A stretch of 29,362 nucleotides of DNA from an uncultured Erysipelotrichaceae bacterium (GTDB lineage Bacteria > Bacillota_I > Bacilli_A > Erysipelotrichales > Erysipelotrichaceae): the NCBI GenBank assembly GCA_964457525.1, contig CAYWGS010000006.1:1-29362 (forward strand), in the 5' to 3' direction. Position 1 is the first letter of the stretch. The number at the start of each line of letters is the position of its first letter. The position numbers and the translations under genes were made by a program. The notes under the pieces were generated by a model that had not been told where the DNA came from, made no database searches, and was given only the letters and a program-made list of their open reading frames with translations. Below, in pieces: positions 5,200 through 14,306 of this stretch.

Positions 5200-5811
5200 T
5201 TATCGGTTGTAATATTCAACAACTAATGCTTCGTTAACGACGTCATTTAATTCAGCACGTTCTGGCAAACGAACATAAATACCTTTCATCGCTTCTTTGT
5301 CAAATGTGACATAGTTCTTTGTGGAAACAGTAGCTTCTAATGCTTCTTTGATTGCTGGCATATTACGTGAAGTTTCCTTAACAGTAATAACAGATCCAGG
5401 TTTAACAGTGAATGAAGGGATATCAACCTTACGTCCATCCACAAGGATGTGACCGTGGTTAACTAATTGACGAGCTGCACGACGAGTTCTACCTAAGTTC
5501 ATGCGGTATACAACATTGTCTAAACGACTTTCTAATAAGAATAAGAAGTTATGACCAGTGTTACCTGAAGCATGTTGAGCTTTTAAGTAAGTGTTGTAGA
5601 ATTGACGTTCAGTAACTCCATACATAAAGCGAATACGTTGTTTTTCACGGTGTTGTTGACCGTAGTTTGTTAGTTTTGCAGGACGTGAATCTGGTGCTTT
5701 ACCAGGAGCCGTCGTACGTGGTCTCTTACCAGCGAATTCTTCACCAGTTTCAAGAATTGAAAATTGTAAGCGTCTCGATACTTTCCATACCGGACCATTA
5801 ATGCGTGCCAT
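5200..5811 (-). CDS. rpsD: 30S ribosomal protein S4
   Basis: 203 aa with typical S4 sequence (MARINGPVWKVSRRL.., S4 RNA-binding domain RLDNVVYRMNLGRTRRAARQLVNHGHILVDGRKVDIPSF). GGAGG RBS. Confidence 0.97.
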   Translation of the reverse strand: MARINGPVWKVSRRLQFSILETGEEFAGKRPRTTAPGKAPDSRPAKLTNYGQQHREKQRIRFMYGVTERQFYNTYLKAQHASGNTGHNFLFLLESRLDNVVYRMNLGRTRRAARQLVNHGHILVDGRKVDIPSFTVKPGSVITVKETSRNMPAIKEALEATVSTKNYVTFDKEAMKGIYVRLPERAELNDVVNEALVVEYYNR

Positions 5812-5959
5812 TTTGTTACCTCCTATGGTTTACTCAAATCATGGGGGACAAATTTTCATCTAATGTGTTAATCTAAGAATTTCACCGTTGCAGCTAGGGT
5901 ACTCTTCGCCAGATGTGATTAACGCTCGTTACATGACTTTGTCTGCCGCGTTTTGACGC
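5812..5959 (-). promoter_or_regulatory. long rpsD 5' leader, possible S4 autoregulatory structure
   Basis: About 148 nt lie between the predicted TSS and the start codon. A 7-bp stem pairs 5867-5873 with 5917-5923. S4 autoregulation of its own mRNA is known in Bacillus. The structure here is unverified. Confidence 0.3.
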
Positions 5960-5965
5960 TTTAAC

Positions 5966-5994
5966 AGTTTAGCATTTGTTAACCATAAAGTCAA
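5966..5994 (-). promoter_or_regulatory. sigma-A type promoter for rpsD
   Basis: Read on the - strand: TTGACT (5994-5989), a 17-nt spacer, then TAAACT (5971-5966). Confidence 0.45.
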
Positions 5995-6054
5995 ATGATG
6001 AAAGAGTCGAATCGAGGCTTGGATTATGCTACAATAAAAAGGAGGTGAAATGGT

Positions 6055-7791
6055 ATGAATTTTGACAGTATTTTACAGATTATACAACGAATTGAAGTGC
6101 AAATTGCATTCGCTGTTCTAATTGTTTTTGTCATCTTATTTTTAGTTATTAAACGCATAAATATTCATCAATTAAAGCAAAAAATGCAAGCAATTGAGAA
6201 GCGTTATAACAATGTAAAAAGTATACCATTACCATTTAAATTAAACAAAGCGGTCGCACTTGCTCGAGTTAATCCTGAGATTCTTGCGAATGTGAATGAC
6301 TTTAAAAATAGTTTTGAAGATATTCAAGAAAACTTTAAGTCCATTACCCATGTTTTAGCTGAGACTGAAGATGCGATTGTCATTGGCAAAGCGAAACATG
6401 CGAAACTAAATCTAATTGATTTAGCTCAAATGTTAAATCAAATTGAGAAACAAGTCGATCAACTAAATAGTAAGTTGGATAGTATCTTAGAAGAAGAAAA
6501 CCAACAAAGAGGACAGATTACGGAGCTCAAGGAAATCTTTAGACATACAAAAGCGGATTTAGTAGCGCGTAGTGTTCAATTAGCACATAGTTATCCTACC
6601 TTGGAAACACGTTTAAATGATATTGAAAAGGCATTTACTTCTTTTGAAGAATGGATGTATGCGTCTGAATTTGCGAAAGCTAAAGAGAAGATGGAAGAGA
6701 TTCAAATCAATTTAGATGAACTCCGTAATTGGTTGGAAGTCTTACCCGATTTAATTACGTTAGCAAATGGAATTATTCCTAAGCAAATGGATGAAATTGC
6801 GGATTATACCAAACGTTTGATGGGTCAACAAGTCTATACCAAACATTTAGAAGTTGAAAAGAATTTAGAACTTATCTCTGAGACAACTCAACAGGATCGT
6901 ATTAGTTTGAGTCGTTGTTTAGTTAAAGAAGTAGAAGAACATTTACGTGAAAATCAAAAGCGTTTAAGTCAATTACTTACATCACTTCAAAAGGAAGAAT
7001 TAGCGCATGATGAATGTGCTAAGACACTCGAACAAGTCGGAAGTGGAATTAATGAGATTCGTGAGTTGCATCATAACTTAACGGAACATTTAAAGAAGGA
7101 TGCGGGTCGTTTTGGTTGGGAAGATTTAACGGAATTACTCAATGATAAAGCGAAGGCATTAAAGTTATTGGAAACGAATCATAAACAATACTTGAAAGTT
7201 GTTGAAGATAATAGTTTACCTAGTACAACTTTATTAATGAACTTAAAAGAATCGATGCAGTTGATTCATAATACACGTAATGACTTGAATCATTCTTCAG
7301 AACGATTATCCTCAGCTCGTAATGATGAAGAAAGAGCGAAGAAACAACTTCTTAAACTTCATCTTATTATGAATGAAATACAAGTTAAGATTCGTAAGTT
7401 TAGATTACCAGTTATCTCAGAAACCTATGAAGGGGATTTAAGAAAATCCTATCAATATGTCAATAGTATTGCGAAGTTATTGGATGAGCCTACAATCGAT
7501 ATTCAACTCTTGAACGCAACAGTAAATGATGCGATTGATCATATCTATAAACTCTACAACAATGTTAATAACTTAGTAGGAACCGTAGAAATGATTGAGA
7601 ATGCGATTGTGTATGGCAATAAATATCGAAGTTTAGATTCTGATCTGGATACACAGTTAACTCGTGCTGAGCTCCTCTATCGTAATGGGGATTATACCCA
7701 AGGTATTAAAGTCGCAATCGCAGCGATTGAAGCCGTTCAACCGAAGCATTTTGAAGGTTTAATTAAGGAGAATGCGAAGAGTGCGCACTAG
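6055..7791 (+). CDS. ezrA: septation ring formation regulator EzrA
   Basis: N-terminal TM helix followed by a long coiled coil. The conserved C-terminal patch (..IENAIVYGNKYRS..) matches Bacillus EzrA (..IEKIIQFGNRYRS..). Synteny with the cysteine desulfurase and thiI genes. GGAGGTG RBS. Confidence 0.85.
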   Translation: MNFDSILQIIQRIEVQIAFAVLIVFVILFLVIKRINIHQLKQKMQAIEKRYNNVKSIPLPFKLNKAVALARVNPEILANVNDFKNSFEDIQENFKSITHVLAETEDAIVIGKAKHAKLNLIDLAQMLNQIEKQVDQLNSKLDSILEEENQQRGQITELKEIFRHTKADLVARSVQLAHSYPTLETRLNDIEKAFTSFEEWMYASEFAKAKEKMEEIQINLDELRNWLEVLPDLITLANGIIPKQMDEIADYTKRLMGQQVYTKHLEVEKNLELISETTQQDRISLSRCLVKEVEEHLRENQKRLSQLLTSLQKEELAHDECAKTLEQVGSGINEIRELHHNLTEHLKKDAGRFGWEDLTELLNDKAKALKLLETNHKQYLKVVEDNSLPSTTLLMNLKESMQLIHNTRNDLNHSSERLSSARNDEERAKKQLLKLHLIMNEIQVKIRKFRLPVISETYEGDLRKSYQYVNSIAKLLDEPTIDIQLLNATVNDAIDHIYKLYNNVNNLVGTVEMIENAIVYGNKYRSLDSDLDTQLTRAELLYRNGDYTQGIKVAIAAIEAVQPKHFEGLIKENAKSAH

Positions 7792-8917
7792 TCCGATTTA
7801 TTTTGATCACGCAAGTTCTACACCCGTTCATCCAGAGATTATTAAGAATCTATCTGAATTAACCTTAGTTCATTATGCGAATAGTGAATCCCTTCATGAA
7901 GCAGGACTTACGATACAAACCATGATACGTAAAAGTAGAGAAGCAATTGCTTCTCTTCTTGGCGTTTTAGCTTCTGAGATAACGTTTACCTCAGGCGCAA
8001 CAGAAGCGAATAATATCTTGATTAAAGGAATCGCATTCGCTTACCAACATAAGGGAAAACATCTAATTACCACATCCGTTGAACATTCAAGTGTCTTAGA
8101 GAGTTTTCAAGATCTTGAGAAGTTCTTTGGTTTTGAAGTAACTTATTTACCGGTTGATCAAGATGGAAGAATTCGAGTAGGTGATTTAGAAAAATCGCTT
8201 AGAAAAGATACGACATTAGTGAGTATTATGGCTGTGAATAATGAAACAGGAACAATCATGCCAATTCAAGAATGTGCGAAGATTGTACACTCAAATTCAC
8301 AGGCTATCTTTCATGTGGATGGGGTTCAAGCGTTAACTAAGATTGATCTTGATTTACGTTCGATCGATTGTATAAGTTTCTCTGCTCATAAAATAAACGG
8401 AGTAAAAGGAAGTGGACTCTTTGTTAAAAAGAAGAATGTTCAAATTCATCCATTAATTACTGGAGGATCTCAAGAAGATGGACTACGTCCTGGTACTCCG
8501 AATGCGATTCATCATATCTTATTCGCAAAAACATTAAGATTAGCATTGAGTCAAAACAAAGATCGTGTTCGAAGTATAAAATCGTATTTAATTGATGAAT
8601 TGAGCCAAATCGATGGGATTGTGATCAATAGTCCATTAGAAGGATGTTCCAACTATATTCTGAATATTTCATGTTTAAAAGTGCCTTCTCAAATAATGCT
8701 GAGTTGGCTCAATCAAAACAAAATATATGTATCTGCTATGGCGACTTGCCTCAATCGTGATGCACAACCATCACATGTATTAGAGGCAATGGGATTTGAA
8801 GGGAATCGATTAAATGGTGTAATCCGGATTAGTATCGGTTATACTAACACCATGGAAGAAGCGAAAACGCTTATTTCCGTCATTAAGGAAGGGATTGTGA
8901 AGCATGGCAGAGATTAA
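7772..8917 (+). CDS. iscS: cysteine desulfurase (class V aminotransferase, NifZ/IscS-like, ThiI partner)
   Basis: PLP-lysine motif SFSAHKINGVKGSG. Active-site Cys context ATCLN..PSHVLEAMG. Adjacent to thiI. The start is ambiguous: ATG 7772 is very close to the AAGGAG, and GTG 7781 is an alternative. Confidence 0.9.
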   Translation: MRRVRTSPIYFDHASSTPVHPEIIKNLSELTLVHYANSESLHEAGLTIQTMIRKSREAIASLLGVLASEITFTSGATEANNILIKGIAFAYQHKGKHLITTSVEHSSVLESFQDLEKFFGFEVTYLPVDQDGRIRVGDLEKSLRKDTTLVSIMAVNNETGTIMPIQECAKIVHSNSQAIFHVDGVQALTKIDLDLRSIDCISFSAHKINGVKGSGLFVKKKNVQIHPLITGGSQEDGLRPGTPNAIHHILFAKTLRLALSQNKDRVRSIKSYLIDELSQIDGIVINSPLEGCSNYILNISCLKVPSQIMLSWLNQNKIYVSAMATCLNRDAQPSHVLEAMGFEGNRLNGVIRISIGYTNTMEEAKTLISVIKEGIVKHGRD

Positions 8918-10091
8918 AACAGACCGTATTTTAGTTCGATTTGGAGAACTATCCAATAAAGGTAAGAATCGTGGTTTATTTGTAAGACAACTGATACAAA
9001 ATTTAAGATATCAATTAAGTAATTATCCTGAACTTCGTTATCGCAATCAATTTGATCGAGTCATGATTGATCTCAATGGGGCAGATTCAGAAGAAGTAAT
9101 AGAACGCGCAAGACATGTGTTCGGAATTCGTTCCTTAAGTCCTGTAGTAGTAACACCGACTGATTTTGATCGTATTAGTGAAGCTTGCTTAGAACTCATG
9201 AAACAAGAGAAGATTGGGACATTTAAAGTGGATACCAATCGTAAAGATAAGACATTGAACTTCAAATCGAACGATTTAAACCTTAGTGTTGCGAAGGCTA
9301 TCTTAAGTCAAACTGAACATCGTGTGGATGTTCATAACCCTGATATTCGTATTCGTATCGATGTCGATGCGGAAAAGGCGAGCATTGCGGTAAAGACCAT
9401 ATTAGGTGCACAGGGATTCCCGATTGGTGTTGGAGGTAAAGCCTTACTTCTATTATCGGGTGGGATTGATTCGCCTGTAGCGGGTTATTATACGATGAAA
9501 CGTGGTGTAGAGATTGAATGCATACACTTTGCGGCTCCACCGTATACAACGATACAAGCCTTAGATAAGGTTAAACAACTCGCTGAGAAACTCAGTGTAT
9601 ATCAACCACGCATTAAACTACATGTCGTGCCATTTACGGACATACAACTTGAAATCTATAAGAAAGCTCATCCTGCATATACCGTTGTATTAATGCGTCG
9701 TGCGATGATGAAGATCGCTGAGAGATACATGCGTGAGAACAAGATGTTAGCGCTTGTCAGTGGAGAAAGCTTAGGACAAGTCGCAAGTCAAACCCTACAA
9801 AGTATGGCTTCAATACAAGATGCGATGGATGGATTAATCTTAAGACCTTTGTTAACGTTTGATAAAAATGATATTATCGATGTGGCAAAGAAGATTGGTA
9901 CCTATGAAACATCCATCTTACCGTATGAAGATTGTTGCACGATATTCAGTGTTTCCAATCCAATTACAAAGCCTAAATTAAAAATAGTACTGCTCGAAGA
10001 AGCAAAATGTGAACTCGATGAACTCATTGAAGTCGCTTATAAGTCGATTGAAACCAGTGAAATTCGATATCACCAAGAAACATATCTATAG
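8904..10091 (+). CDS. thiI: tRNA 4-thiouridine synthase ThiI
   Basis: THUMP-like N-terminus and the PP-loop motif LLLSGGIDSPVAGY. At 395 aa it lacks a rhodanese domain, as in Bacillus. Confidence 0.93.
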   Translation: MAEIKTDRILVRFGELSNKGKNRGLFVRQLIQNLRYQLSNYPELRYRNQFDRVMIDLNGADSEEVIERARHVFGIRSLSPVVVTPTDFDRISEACLELMKQEKIGTFKVDTNRKDKTLNFKSNDLNLSVAKAILSQTEHRVDVHNPDIRIRIDVDAEKASIAVKTILGAQGFPIGVGGKALLLLSGGIDSPVAGYYTMKRGVEIECIHFAAPPYTTIQALDKVKQLAEKLSVYQPRIKLHVVPFTDIQLEIYKKAHPAYTVVLMRRAMMKIAERYMRENKMLALVSGESLGQVASQTLQSMASIQDAMDGLILRPLLTFDKNDIIDVAKKIGTYETSILPYEDCCTIFSVSNPITKPKLKIVLLEEAKCELDELIEVAYKSIETSEIRYHQETYL

Positions 10092-10099
10092 GAGGCATT

Positions 10100-11425
10100 A
10101 TGGCATTTGATCGTTTAACCGAAAAATTAACAGAAAGCTTTAAGCGAATTACGAAACAAGATCGTATCTCAGAGAAACATTTAGATACACTTTTAAGTGA
10201 TGTACGATTGGCATTACTCGATGCGGATGTGAATACGCAAGTCGTCAATCAATTCTTAGATAAGATTCATTCTAGTGCATTGAATCAAAAAATCTTAACA
10301 TCGTTAAAACCAAATGAAGCATTGATGAAGTTGGTCTATGACGAACTTGTAGAACTCTTAGGACCAGATACACCAAGTTTCGATTATCCTAAAGGACAAA
10401 AGAAAGTTATTCTATTTGTTGGTCTACAAGGGACAGGTAAAACCACTTCCGCCGCTAAATTAGCCCAATTACTTCGTTCTAAGAAAGAACGTAAAGTCTT
10501 ATTGGTAGCGGCTGACTTAGCACGTCCAGCAGCGATTGATCAATTAGAAATCTTAGCTGAACAAGCACAAGTATCTGTGTTTGTTGAGAAGGATGAAAAG
10601 AATTCACTCAATGTTGTTAAGCATGCGATGAAATATGCGGAAAAGAATAACTTTGATACCATCATCGTGGATACAGCAGGCCGTTTAGCGATTGATGAAG
10701 CATTGATGTTAGAACTTAAACAAATTCATGATTATCTCAATCCAGATGAAGTATTATTAACCGTCGATGCGATGACTGGACAAGACGTCATTCATACAGC
10801 AGATGGCTTTAATCGTAATCTTAACCTAACAGGTTTAGTTGTGACGAAGTTTGATGCAGATGCTAAGGGTGGTGCTGTATTATCCGTTAAAGCACTCACT
10901 GGTGTACCCGTTAAATTAGTTGGTACAGGTGAAAAGTTAGATGATACGGATATCTTCTATCCAGATCGTATGGCAAATCGTTTAATTGGGATGGGGGATT
11001 TACTCAGTCTCGTTGAACAAGCCCAAGAGAAGATGGATATTGAAGCAGGTCAAAGAAGTATGGATCGTATCATGGAGGGTATCTTTACCTTTGATGATAT
11101 GTTAGATCAGTTTAATCAATTATCAAAGATGGGTTCACTACAAAACATGTTAAAGATGATTCCAGGCGCAAGCCAATTAGCGAATCAAGTGAATGATAAT
11201 GAATCCAATGCGATGATTAAGAAGAATAAAGCGATTATCTTAAGTATGACTCCAGAAGAGCGTGAAGATGCGTCTTTATTACGTGCATCACGTAAAAATC
11301 GTATCGCAAAGGGGAGTGGTACGACCGTTAATGATGTGAATCGTTTAATCAATCAGTATGAAAAAGCAAAAGATCAAATGCGTTTATTAAAGCGTTTAGC
11401 AAAGAACAATCCAAATATTAAGTAG
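10100..11425 (+). CDS. ffh: signal recognition particle protein Ffh
   Basis: MAFDRLTEKL.. N domain, GTPase motifs GLQGTGKTT / DTAGR / TKFD, and a Met-rich M domain. AGGAGG RBS. Confidence 0.97.
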   Translation: MAFDRLTEKLTESFKRITKQDRISEKHLDTLLSDVRLALLDADVNTQVVNQFLDKIHSSALNQKILTSLKPNEALMKLVYDELVELLGPDTPSFDYPKGQKKVILFVGLQGTGKTTSAAKLAQLLRSKKERKVLLVAADLARPAAIDQLEILAEQAQVSVFVEKDEKNSLNVVKHAMKYAEKNNFDTIIVDTAGRLAIDEALMLELKQIHDYLNPDEVLLTVDAMTGQDVIHTADGFNRNLNLTGLVVTKFDADAKGGAVLSVKALTGVPVKLVGTGEKLDDTDIFYPDRMANRLIGMGDLLSLVEQAQEKMDIEAGQRSMDRIMEGIFTFDDMLDQFNQLSKMGSLQNMLKMIPGASQLANQVNDNESNAMIKKNKAIILSMTPEEREDASLLRASRKNRIAKGSGTTVNDVNRLINQYEKAKDQMRLLKRLAKNNPNIK

Positions 11426-11441
11426 TGTAAAGGGAAAAGAC

Positions 11442-11469
11442 TTGACAGATAAATTATTTACGCTATACT
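11442..11469 (+). promoter_or_regulatory. sigma-A type promoter upstream of rpsP
   Basis: TTGACA (11442-11447), a 16-nt spacer, then TATACT (11464-11469). Confidence 0.5.
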
Positions 11470-11497
11470 AAACAAGTAAATACATTAGGAGGACCTT

Positions 11498-11770
11498 ATG
11501 GCAGTAAAAATTCGTTTAAAAAGAATGGGTGCTAAACAAAATCCATTTTACCGTATTGTAGCAGCAGATTCCCGTTATCCAAGAGATGGTCGTTTTATCG
11601 AAAACATCGGTTATTACAATCCATCAACTACACCAGCTGAAGTTAAAATCGACACTGAATTAGCGCTTAAATGGTTAGGCAATGGTGCTCAACCAACTGA
11701 AACAGTTCGTAACTTATTATCCAATGCGGGTGTATTAAAAGCATTCCACGAATCAAAGAACGCGAAGTAA
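11498..11770 (+). CDS. rpsP: 30S ribosomal protein S16
   Basis: [21 protein letters not shown].. is canonical S16. GGAGG RBS. Confidence 0.97.
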   Translation: MAVKIRLKRMGAKQNPFYRIVAADSRYPRDGRFIENIGYYNPSTTPAEVKIDTELALKWLGNGAQPTETVRNLLSNAGVLKAFHESKNAK

Positions 11771-11776
11771 GTCATT

Positions 11777-12022
11777 ATGAATCTTGAACAAGCATTATTG
11801 GAGTTGGTTCAACCTTTAGTGGCAGACAAAACCAGTTTGAGTGTCAAAGAAATGGCCAGCTTGGATGAGAATGAAGTATTGCTTTACGTCTATGCAAAAA
11901 GTGAAGATGTGGCTCGTTTAATTGGTCGTCAAGGCAGTATGGCTACCGCTTTACGTAATGTAATGGCGATTGCGACTCGTGTCCAAAACAAACGCATTTC
12001 CATTAAATTTGAGTCTTATTAG
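11777..12022 (+). CDS. khpA: KH-domain RNA-binding protein (YlqC/KhpA family)
   Basis: 81 aa with the KH GXXG motif in ..LIGRQGSMATALR... Conserved position between rpsP and rimM. Confidence 0.85.
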   Translation: MNLEQALLELVQPLVADKTSLSVKEMASLDENEVLLYVYAKSEDVARLIGRQGSMATALRNVMAIATRVQNKRISIKFESY

Positions 12023-12042
12023 GATGCGTCGCATCCTTTTTT
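12021..12042 (+). terminator. intrinsic terminator/attenuator between khpA and rimM
   Basis: AGGATG / CATCCT forms a 6-bp stem (12021-12026 with 12032-12037) with a 5-nt loop, followed by TTTTT. Confidence 0.6.
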
Positions 12043-12048
12043 AAACCT

Positions 12049-12549
12049 ATGACAAATGAAAAAATAAGAGTTGGAAGAATTGTAAAAGGCTTTGGGATCA
12101 AAGGTGAAGTTAAAGTAAAGATTTATACAGACTTTCCTGAGAAACGCTTTAAGTCAAAAAAGACCTTGTATATCGAAAGAGATACAGGATTTTTAGATGT
12201 GGTTGTGGAATCGGTACGCTATCATCAAGAACATGCCCTTATTAAGTTTGTAGGCTATCCGGATTTAACCAGTGTCGAACCCTTAGCTCAATCTGATTTA
12301 TATGTCGATCGTTCGAGCATTGATACCAAAGAAACCGTTTATTACTTCCAATTAATGAATATGGAAGTGGTGGATGAGAATGATAAACACATTGGGATTG
12401 TGAGTGATGTAATGGAAACACCGGCTCATACTGTTTTACGAATTAAGACAGACGAAAAGGATATTCTAATCCCTTATGTCGATGCGTTTATTATTAAGGT
12501 TGATGAAAAGAAGAATCGAATCACGATTAAATGGATGGAAGGTCTATGA
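12049..12549 (+). CDS. rimM: 16S rRNA processing protein RimM
   Basis: ..VGRIVKGFGIKGEVKV.. is the typical RimM N-terminus, followed by a PRC barrel. No obvious SD sequence upstream. Confidence 0.9.
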   Translation: MTNEKIRVGRIVKGFGIKGEVKVKIYTDFPEKRFKSKKTLYIERDTGFLDVVVESVRYHQEHALIKFVGYPDLTSVEPLAQSDLYVDRSSIDTKETVYYFQLMNMEVVDENDKHIGIVSDVMETPAHTVLRIKTDEKDILIPYVDAFIIKVDEKKNRITIKWMEGL

Positions 12550-13277
12550 AAATCAGTATTTTAACCTTGTTTCCAGAGATGTATGAAGGATTCTTAAACA
12601 CTTCGATTATTAAGAAAGCTCGTTTAAAGGGCTTGGTTGAAATTGAATGTATCGATATTCGATCTTTCACAACGAATAAACATAATCGAGTGGATGATTA
12701 TCCATTCGGTGGTGGACAAGGTTTAGTGATGGCAGTACAACCTGTTCTCGATGCCTTGAATTCAGTTAAACAAGCGAATTCGTATACATTGATTAGTAGT
12801 CCTAAAGGAACAACCTTCAATCAAAAGAAAGCTCGTGAGTTAAGCTTAAAAGATCATATTATCTTTATTTGTGGACACTATGAAGGGATTGATGATCGTA
12901 TCTTAAATTATGTGGATGAAGAGATTTCGATTGGTGATTACATCTTAACGGGTGGAGAACTTGCGTCGATGGTTATCAGTGATGCGATTACTCGATTACT
13001 CGATGGGGTTATCAAAGAAGCGTCCCATCAAGATGAGAGTTTTGAGGAACATCGTTTAGAATATCCTCAGTATACACGTCCACTGATTTATGATGGAATT
13101 GAAGTTCCTGAAGTCTTACTCTCAGGCCATCATGAAGAAATTCGTAAGTATCGTTTAAAAGAATCATTGCGTCAAACTTGGCATAAACGACCGGATCTAT
13201 TTATAAAGGAACCGTTGAATGAAGAAGAGACGAAGATGATGATTGAAATATTGAAAGAAGACTTAAAAAAAGGTTGA
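12546..13277 (+). CDS. trmD: tRNA (guanine37-N1)-methyltransferase TrmD
   Basis: MKISILTLFPEMYEGFL.. is the canonical N-terminus. The ATGA overlaps the rimM stop and GGAAGG lies upstream. The track start at 12531 is an in-frame extension inside rimM. Confidence 0.95.
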   Translation: MKISILTLFPEMYEGFLNTSIIKKARLKGLVEIECIDIRSFTTNKHNRVDDYPFGGGQGLVMAVQPVLDALNSVKQANSYTLISSPKGTTFNQKKARELSLKDHIIFICGHYEGIDDRILNYVDEEISIGDYILTGGELASMVISDAITRLLDGVIKEASHQDESFEEHRLEYPQYTRPLIYDGIEVPEVLLSGHHEEIRKYRLKESLRQTWHKRPDLFIKEPLNEEETKMMIEILKEDLKKG

Positions 13278-13302
13278 TTTATACTTCAATCTTTGGTATA
13301 TT
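13274..13302 (+). promoter_or_regulatory. sigma-A type promoter upstream of rplS
   Basis: TTGATT (13274-13279), a 17-nt spacer, then TATATT (13297-13302). Confidence 0.5.
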
Positions 13303-13308
13303 ATTAAA

Positions 13309-13377
13309 GCCTATGGCTAGGCAGTTCCGCTGATCACATGATGACATGAACTGTGAGAAAATAAAGGAGCGCGAAAT
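13309..13377 (+). promoter_or_regulatory. rplS 5' leader, possible L19 autoregulatory leader
   Basis: Two hairpins: CCTA/TAGG (13310-13321) and CAGTTC/GAACTG (13322-13327 with 13348-13353). An L19 leader motif is described upstream of rplS in low-GC Gram-positive bacteria. A match was not verified. Confidence 0.3.
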
Positions 13378-13725
13378 ATGAAATTGAATTTAGTTGAAGA
13401 AATTACTCAATCTCAATTACGCACTGATCTTCCTGATTTCAAACCTGGATACCAAGTCCGTGTGGATGTACGTATTCAAGAAGGTGACAAATTCAGAATT
13501 CAGGCGTTTGAAGGCCTAGTAATTGCACGTCAGGGAAAAGGTATCGGTGAAACATTTATCGTTCGTAAAATGTCTTCCCAAATCGGTGTAGAAAGAACAT
13601 TCCCAGTTCATTCACCTATTATTGAGAATATTACTGTGTTACGTCGTGGTAAAGTTCGTAGATCTAAATTGTTCTACATGCGTGGACGTTCAGGTAAAGC
13701 ATCTCGTTTGGTCGAAATTCGATAA
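13378..13725 (+). CDS. rplS: 50S ribosomal protein L19
   Basis: 115 aa, ..[35 protein letters not shown]... AAAGGAG RBS. Confidence 0.97.
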   Translation: MKLNLVEEITQSQLRTDLPDFKPGYQVRVDVRIQEGDKFRIQAFEGLVIARQGKGIGETFIVRKMSSQIGVERTFPVHSPIIENITVLRRGKVRRSKLFYMRGRSGKASRLVEIR

Positions 13726-13728
13726 GAA

Positions 13729-13756
13729 AAAGCCGGTTTTTACCGGCTTTTATTCT
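13729..13756 (+). terminator. rho-independent terminator after rplS
   Basis: AAAGCCGGT (13729-13737) pairs with ACCGGCTTT (13742-13750) around a TTTT loop. The tail is TTTTATT. Confidence 0.7.
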
Positions 13757-13760
13757 AATT

Positions 13761-14306
13761 ATGAAAGAAAACAAGAGTTATTCAGCGGTTATAGAATTCG
13801 CTAAGAGCATTTTTACAAGCTTAATTTTTGTTTTGGTACTAACGAATTTTGTCGTTAAACCGATTAAGGTTAATGGGGACAGTATGTTCCCAACATTAAA
13901 AGATCAATCACTAGGATTTTCGAATATCCTAACTTATACATTATTTGGGGTTAATCGAAATGATATTGTGATTGTGTATGTTGAGTCGTTGAATGAGTAT
14001 TTGGTCAAACGTGTTATTGCATTACCAAATGAAACGATTGAAGTCAAAGATGATAAGGTCTATGTCAATGGTGAAGAAATCAAGCAAGATTTCTTAGATC
14101 AAGATTATGTCAGTCAATTCTCAACATTTACAAATGGATTTAATTCTGTAACACTCGGTGATGATGAAGTCTTTCTAATGGGAGATAATCGTCCGTATTC
14201 CAGTGATTCTAGAGTATTTGGAGCATTCAAATTAAAGGATATTATCGCAAAAGATGCGTATATTTTTTATCCATTTAATGAAATAAATTGGTTTAAAGGA
14301 GATTAA
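13761..14306 (+). CDS. lepB: signal peptidase I
   Basis: N-terminal TM segment, catalytic Ser box GDSMFPTL, Lys box VKRVIALPNE, and GDNRPYSSDSR. Confidence 0.92.
   Translation: MKENKSYSAVIEFAKSIFTSLIFVLVLTNFVVKPIKVNGDSMFPTLKDQSLGFSNILTYTLFGVNRNDIVIVYVESLNEYLVKRVIALPNETIEVKDDKVYVNGEEIKQDFLDQDYVSQFSTFTNGFNSVTLGDDEVFLMGDNRPYSSDSRVFGAFKLKDIIAKDAYIFYPFNEINWFKGD

Noticed and set aside
6027-6035. Extended -10-like TGCTACAAT upstream of ezrA
   Set aside because: The predicted transcription start would fall inside the ezrA Shine-Dalgarno sequence (6041-6047), so it is unlikely to be the functional ezrA promoter.
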